From a virus (Duplodnaviria; Caudoviricetes), in IMG/VR virus record IMGVR_UViG_3300037424_000648, positions 1 to 26,097 of that record: a stretch of DNA of 26,097 bases. One strand, written 5' to 3'. The notes beneath the pieces were generated by a model that saw only the letters and a list, made by a program, of their open reading frames with translations, was not told the origin of the DNA and searched no databases. Within the stretch, counting starts at the first letter, position 1. Every line of letters starts with the position of its first letter. Shown in pieces: positions 23,701 to 26,097 of this stretch. The translations under genes and the position numbers were made by a program.

Positions 23701-25465
23701 GGCCCGCAACAGCGCCGGCATGGAGTCATCGATCCCGGCCACGATCTACGTCAGCAACCCCGCCCCGGCGCCGGTGACCGGCATCCAGGCCCTGGCCTAC
23801 ATGGGCGGAGTCAGATGCTACTGGTCAGCCAACACGGATCCGGACATCCGCGGCTACCAGGTGCGTTATATAATAGATGTCGCCGGCCAGGAGCCCGACT
23901 GGGACGGCATCGGGTGGCTGGACGTCGACGGCACCGAATTAGTGGCCACGCTGACCCACCTGCAGCGGGTCAACGACACCGACACGGCCTATTTCCAGGT
24001 GCGCGCCCGCGACGTCTTCGGCAACGTTTCGACGATCGAAGAGGCGGAGGCCACGGCCGATGATTTTTTTATTGTCGAAAGCGCCCTGTCGGCGGCCCTG
24101 CAGAGCAAGATCAGCGACAGCACGGAGATGACCAGCGCCGCGGCCCTGCTGGAAAACCAGTGGACCCTGAAAATCCAGGAGAACGGCTATGCGACGGGAA
24201 TGGGCGCCATCCTGCACTACCTGTGGGACGCGACGGCGGTGTATCTGACAGGCGAGTACGTGAGCCTGGTGTCTGGGGCCGTGTACATCGCATTGCGCGA
24301 CAACGCCGGCGCCGAGCCCACGGCCAGCCCCCTGGACTGGGAGCTGGTGCCCTACGGCGCCCGCTCGGAAATTATTTTTCTGGTCGATAAATTCGCCATC
24401 ATCAACCCGGCCGGCGGCGACGGCGTCAAACGGGCGCCGTTCGTAGTGGGCAACGTGGGCGGCGTGGCCACGGTGGGCATCAACGGCGCCCTGGTGGTGG
24501 ACGGCACCATCACCGGCACGGCCATCGTCACCAACACGTTGACCGCCGACCATATCAAGGGCGGGTCCTTCGGCACGCTGACCCTGTCGAGCGGCAAAAT
24601 CATCATCAACGCGGCCGGCGGGTTGGAGATCAACTCGGCCACGGGGCTGGTGGTGAATGACGGCGGAGGGGTCGAATTCCACCGCACGGAGTCGGATTTT
24701 TCGGTGCTGTCATGGTATTACGATACGACCGGCCAAGCCAGGATGTATACCTACACCACGGGCGGCCTGGCCATCGATCCATTTGTCAATGGTGCGGGGG
24801 TGCTGTATCTGGGCGCTCCTGGCGTCCGGTTTGGGCGAGCTGAAATCAACCTTACGGGCACTTTGGACATCTTCGCCGGCGGGACCAACGTCTCCGGCAA
24901 ACTATTGATGCTGAACGATGATATAGTCCCCAGGAGTGGCAAGGGGCTGCTCTGGTTCAACAGCTCCGTATATACAGCGAGGCTGTGGCAGGGATATCTG
25001 GATTCATATTTGTATTGGTATCCGGAAGCGCATGCGACGTACAGCCTCCTATGCGGCGCATCGGGCAACCATTGGCTGAATTTTCAGGTCTGGGCCAATG
25101 CCCCGGGGGTTTCCTCATCCTGGTCGATCCTCAGCGATGCCGACGCCAAGCGGGATGTCGAGGTAGTCAGTGATCCGCTGCTGGGCAGGCTGCTGCAGCT
25201 TCAACCCAAATCCTACAGCTACATCGACAAATTAGAAAAAGAGATCGGATTCGTCGCCCAGGACGTCCAGCCGCTTTTCCCCGACACGGTGCGCCTGTTG
25301 CCGGACCTGGAAGGCGGAAAAGAGGGCGGACGCCTGGCCCTGATCTACGACCACATCACCGTCATCAATACCAAGTGCATCGCCGAAACTGCGGCCATGA
25401 TCGACGCCCTGGCCGGCCGGGTCGAGGCGCTCGAAGCCGCAAACTACCAGCCCATCAAAGGATAG
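20729..25465 (+). CDS. Central tail fibre / host-specificity protein (lambda I+J-like fusion) with FN3 repeats and C-terminal S74-type intramolecular chaperone
   Basis: SPTYSW, PVLYG, YPGAALL, SNPAW, LFGLGNI, GDVIIVAHD, ITALEYN; PFVV...VGING; SD..AK...LQPKSY...IGFVAQDVQPLFP. Confidence 0.9.
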   Translation: MNTPDKVWITAIKNPFDPHNSRVQEWIEPVDGLTAHDCIRHFYPLIGDGFQAAVAVNGRMIPDEQIPVHRIGAGDNVVFTAVPQGDGRDILRTVMLIAVMVVAAYVSGPAGAAYFGAQATASLAGAAIAVGGAMLVNAVLPPQTPDMAGIGSDLGSLSPTYSWTAAPNVYQEGSRWPVLYGTRRITPPVLERHISQYGTEADDYEIKQYLHMLLAVADHAVDSITDVRINGSPIENFPGASYQTRLGTLDQALISGDFYWIRSQTSIGSKIPLDGEYTRTTTGDAVTALELGLIIPNGLYFVQEDGSMGWARYRWQTWYRLNGAAEWTYWNTITLQKRTRSAVRAYAIKTDLPPGRYDIKVTAYDYRVASTSTPYYDVEGWKKQEPSGFEVQTVNQDRYSDNGSYVEYVGEIIQEAYTYPGAALLAIKAPATGELSGGPPVVTCLATRSTIDTVDGAKPASNPAWQAYDMHCNREYGERIAESEFIIDDFAQWASHCTANGYVSNLYIDSLMTLTDAVKNAELVGRGRVVERGTKYSCVVDKATDPSQLFGLGNIIENSFNLSYVPLEEQANVVQVTYWDADNDYIRLIAQAVSPAFNPATDEAVIAQVVLYGCTSATQALKYAKYLLNGNSLLVRSVRFDAAADAIACAAGDVIIVAHDAVDWGESGRVVAAAAGTVALDRDVTLLAGTSYKALVRHRTTDTLEEVALAAVLEDTTGPAVALTGTWSVIPDADAVITIGTAEKVRQQYRIVSITRSTELVRRITALEYNAAVYDDTIEAEPYVPITNPDPVQGLAAREIRDIVAGQYRIGVSLTWHGPAWNWDVYYRVAGATAWQYHGATAEAAYIIDNLLANTAYDFAVTIPGKGPSYGQVLSGFIIEGWANISLPVWRVTGLEIKESGNGSVWYGRDLSLAWHVTAEFWPETADGEAGGAGTFSTAEASLVYRVRVNNPGGSLRREVVVKEAAYTYAWEDNYQDGNGTPSATLSVSVWARNSAGMESSIPATIYVSNPAPAPVTGIQALAYMGGVRCYWSANTDPDIRGYQVRYIIDVAGQEPDWDGIGWLDVDGTELVATLTHLQRVNDTDTAYFQVRARDVFGNVSTIEEAEATADDFFIVESALSAALQSKISDSTEMTSAAALLENQWTLKIQENGYATGMGAILHYLWDATAVYLTGEYVSLVSGAVYIALRDNAGAEPTASPLDWELVPYGARSEIIFLVDKFAIINPAGGDGVKRAPFVVGNVGGVATVGINGALVVDGTITGTAIVTNTLTADHIKGGSFGTLTLSSGKIIINAAGGLEINSATGLVVNDGGGVEFHRTESDFSVLSWYYDTTGQARMYTYTTGGLAIDPFVNGAGVLYLGAPGVRFGRAEINLTGTLDIFAGGTNVSGKLLMLNDDIVPRSGKGLLWFNSSVYTARLWQGYLDSYLYWYPEAHATYSLLCGASGNHWLNFQVWANAPGVSSSWSILSDADAKRDVEVVSDPLLGRLLQLQPKSYSYIDKLEKEIGFVAQDVQPLFPDTVRLLPDLEGGKEGGRLALIYDHITVINTKCIAETAAMIDALAGRVEALEAANYQPIKG

Positions 25466-25470
25466 CCAAC

Positions 25471-25647
25471 ATGAGCGACCAACCGAACCGCCAGCCAACG
25501 GCCGAAGAGCTTCTGGCCGGCAAGGACCGCGCCATCGGCGAAATCTACTGCCGCATGCGCGCCCTCGAGGATGCCTACATCCAATTGTCCAGGGAGCACG
25601 AGGCACTGAAAAAGCGGCTCGAGGCCCAGGACACAAAGAAAGCATAG
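25471..25647 (+). CDS. Small coiled-coil protein (58 aa)
   Basis: AAGGA upstream of ATG 25471; heptad-like pattern; follows tail fibre. Confidence 0.6.
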   Translation: MSDQPNRQPTAEELLAGKDRAIGEIYCRMRALEDAYIQLSREHEALKKRLEAQDTKKA

Positions 25648-25650
25648 CGC

Positions 25651-26097
25651 ATGCAATACCTCACAGGTACGGTAGCGGTCGTGAATGGGTCGGCGGCGGT
25701 CGTCGGAACGGGGACATCCTGGACGGCGGCCTTGGCGGGGGGGGTGTTCAAAGTCGGCGGGGTCGCCGGCGAGCACATCGTGCAGAGCGTCGAGAGCGCC
25801 ACGGCCATGACCCTGGCCACCGTCTGGACCGGGGGCACCGACAGCGAACTGGGCTACCAGATCGTCCAGGATTTCACCGATAATTACGGATTCCGGGAAA
25901 TCCACGCCGGCGACCGCGAATGGGCCTGGCATCTGACTCAGACAATCCGGGCCATTGATGCGGCAATGGCGGCCGTCGATCCCAACTCCGGCGGGGTCAC
26001 CACAATAACGTTCGCCGACTCCCCATACACTGTCCAGTCGGACGATGCCGTGCTGCGCATCGATTGCACAGACGGTGACGTTGTGGTGCAATTTCCC
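25651..26097 (+). CDS. Side tail fibre / tailspike, N-terminal part (runs off window)
   Basis: MQYLTGTVAVVNGSAAVVGTGTSW...VESATAMTL..VWTG anchor-like motif; frame open to window end. Confidence 0.75.
   Translation, partial: MQYLTGTVAVVNGSAAVVGTGTSWTAALAGGVFKVGGVAGEHIVQSVESATAMTLATVWTGGTDSELGYQIVQDFTDNYGFREIHAGDREWAWHLTQTIRAIDAAMAAVDPNSGGVTTITFADSPYTVQSDDAVLRIDCTDGDVVVQFP

Larger units (their letters stand above)
1..26097 (+). mobile_element. Phage/prophage segment: Mu-like packaging module with siphovirus tail (late operon plus end of early region)
   Basis: Continuous co-oriented, often translationally coupled genes in canonical lysis-terminase-portal-head-neck-tail order; no sheath gene; ends not in window. 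Confidence 0.95.

Noticed and set aside
24640-26097. Diversity-generating retroelement or invertible tail-fibre cassette
   Set aside because: No reverse transcriptase, template/variable repeat pair, invertase or inverted crossover sites noticed in the window; could lie downstream
1-26097. CRISPR array, tRNA/rRNA, tailocin or gene transfer agent
   Set aside because: No repeat-spacer array or RNA gene pattern noticed; complete head plus non-contractile tail, Mu-type terminase and early genes fit a phage

Overview
The whole window is one GC-rich, all plus-strand segment of a temperate, long non-contractile-tailed (siphovirus-type) phage or prophage with a Mu-like packaging module. Order: the end of an early/middle region of small hypothetical genes (1-1717); an AT-rich regulatory gap (1718-1857); a lysis-type cassette (DUF5675-like endolysin candidate, lipoprotein, holin-like gene) plus a TraR/DksA zinc finger; Mu gp27/gp28-like terminase; portal; MuF-type minor head protein; a fused protease-scaffold-major capsid protein; a head decoration/fibre protein; neck genes; tail tube; tail chaperones; tape measure; a lambda-like M/L/K/I-J tail tip ending in an S74-type chaperone; and a truncated side-fibre gene. 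No transposase, repressor, integrase or genome end is visible, so transposable replication is inferred only from the terminase type. Most notable signals: (1) a tandem pair of NrdR-box-like palindromes with 32-bp spacing over the probable late promoter, suggesting the host dNTP sensor could gate lysis and morphogenesis; (2) two virion-type proteins with apparent Sec signal peptides; (3) a capsid polyprotein with a ChaB-like N-terminus, an internal RBS/start and repeated RAAQ motifs; (4) a tail chaperone pair with -1 geometry but no canonical slippery site; (5) a GTAG-type REP inside a gene and poly-G tracts. All family calls are from motif recognition by eye; no searches were run.
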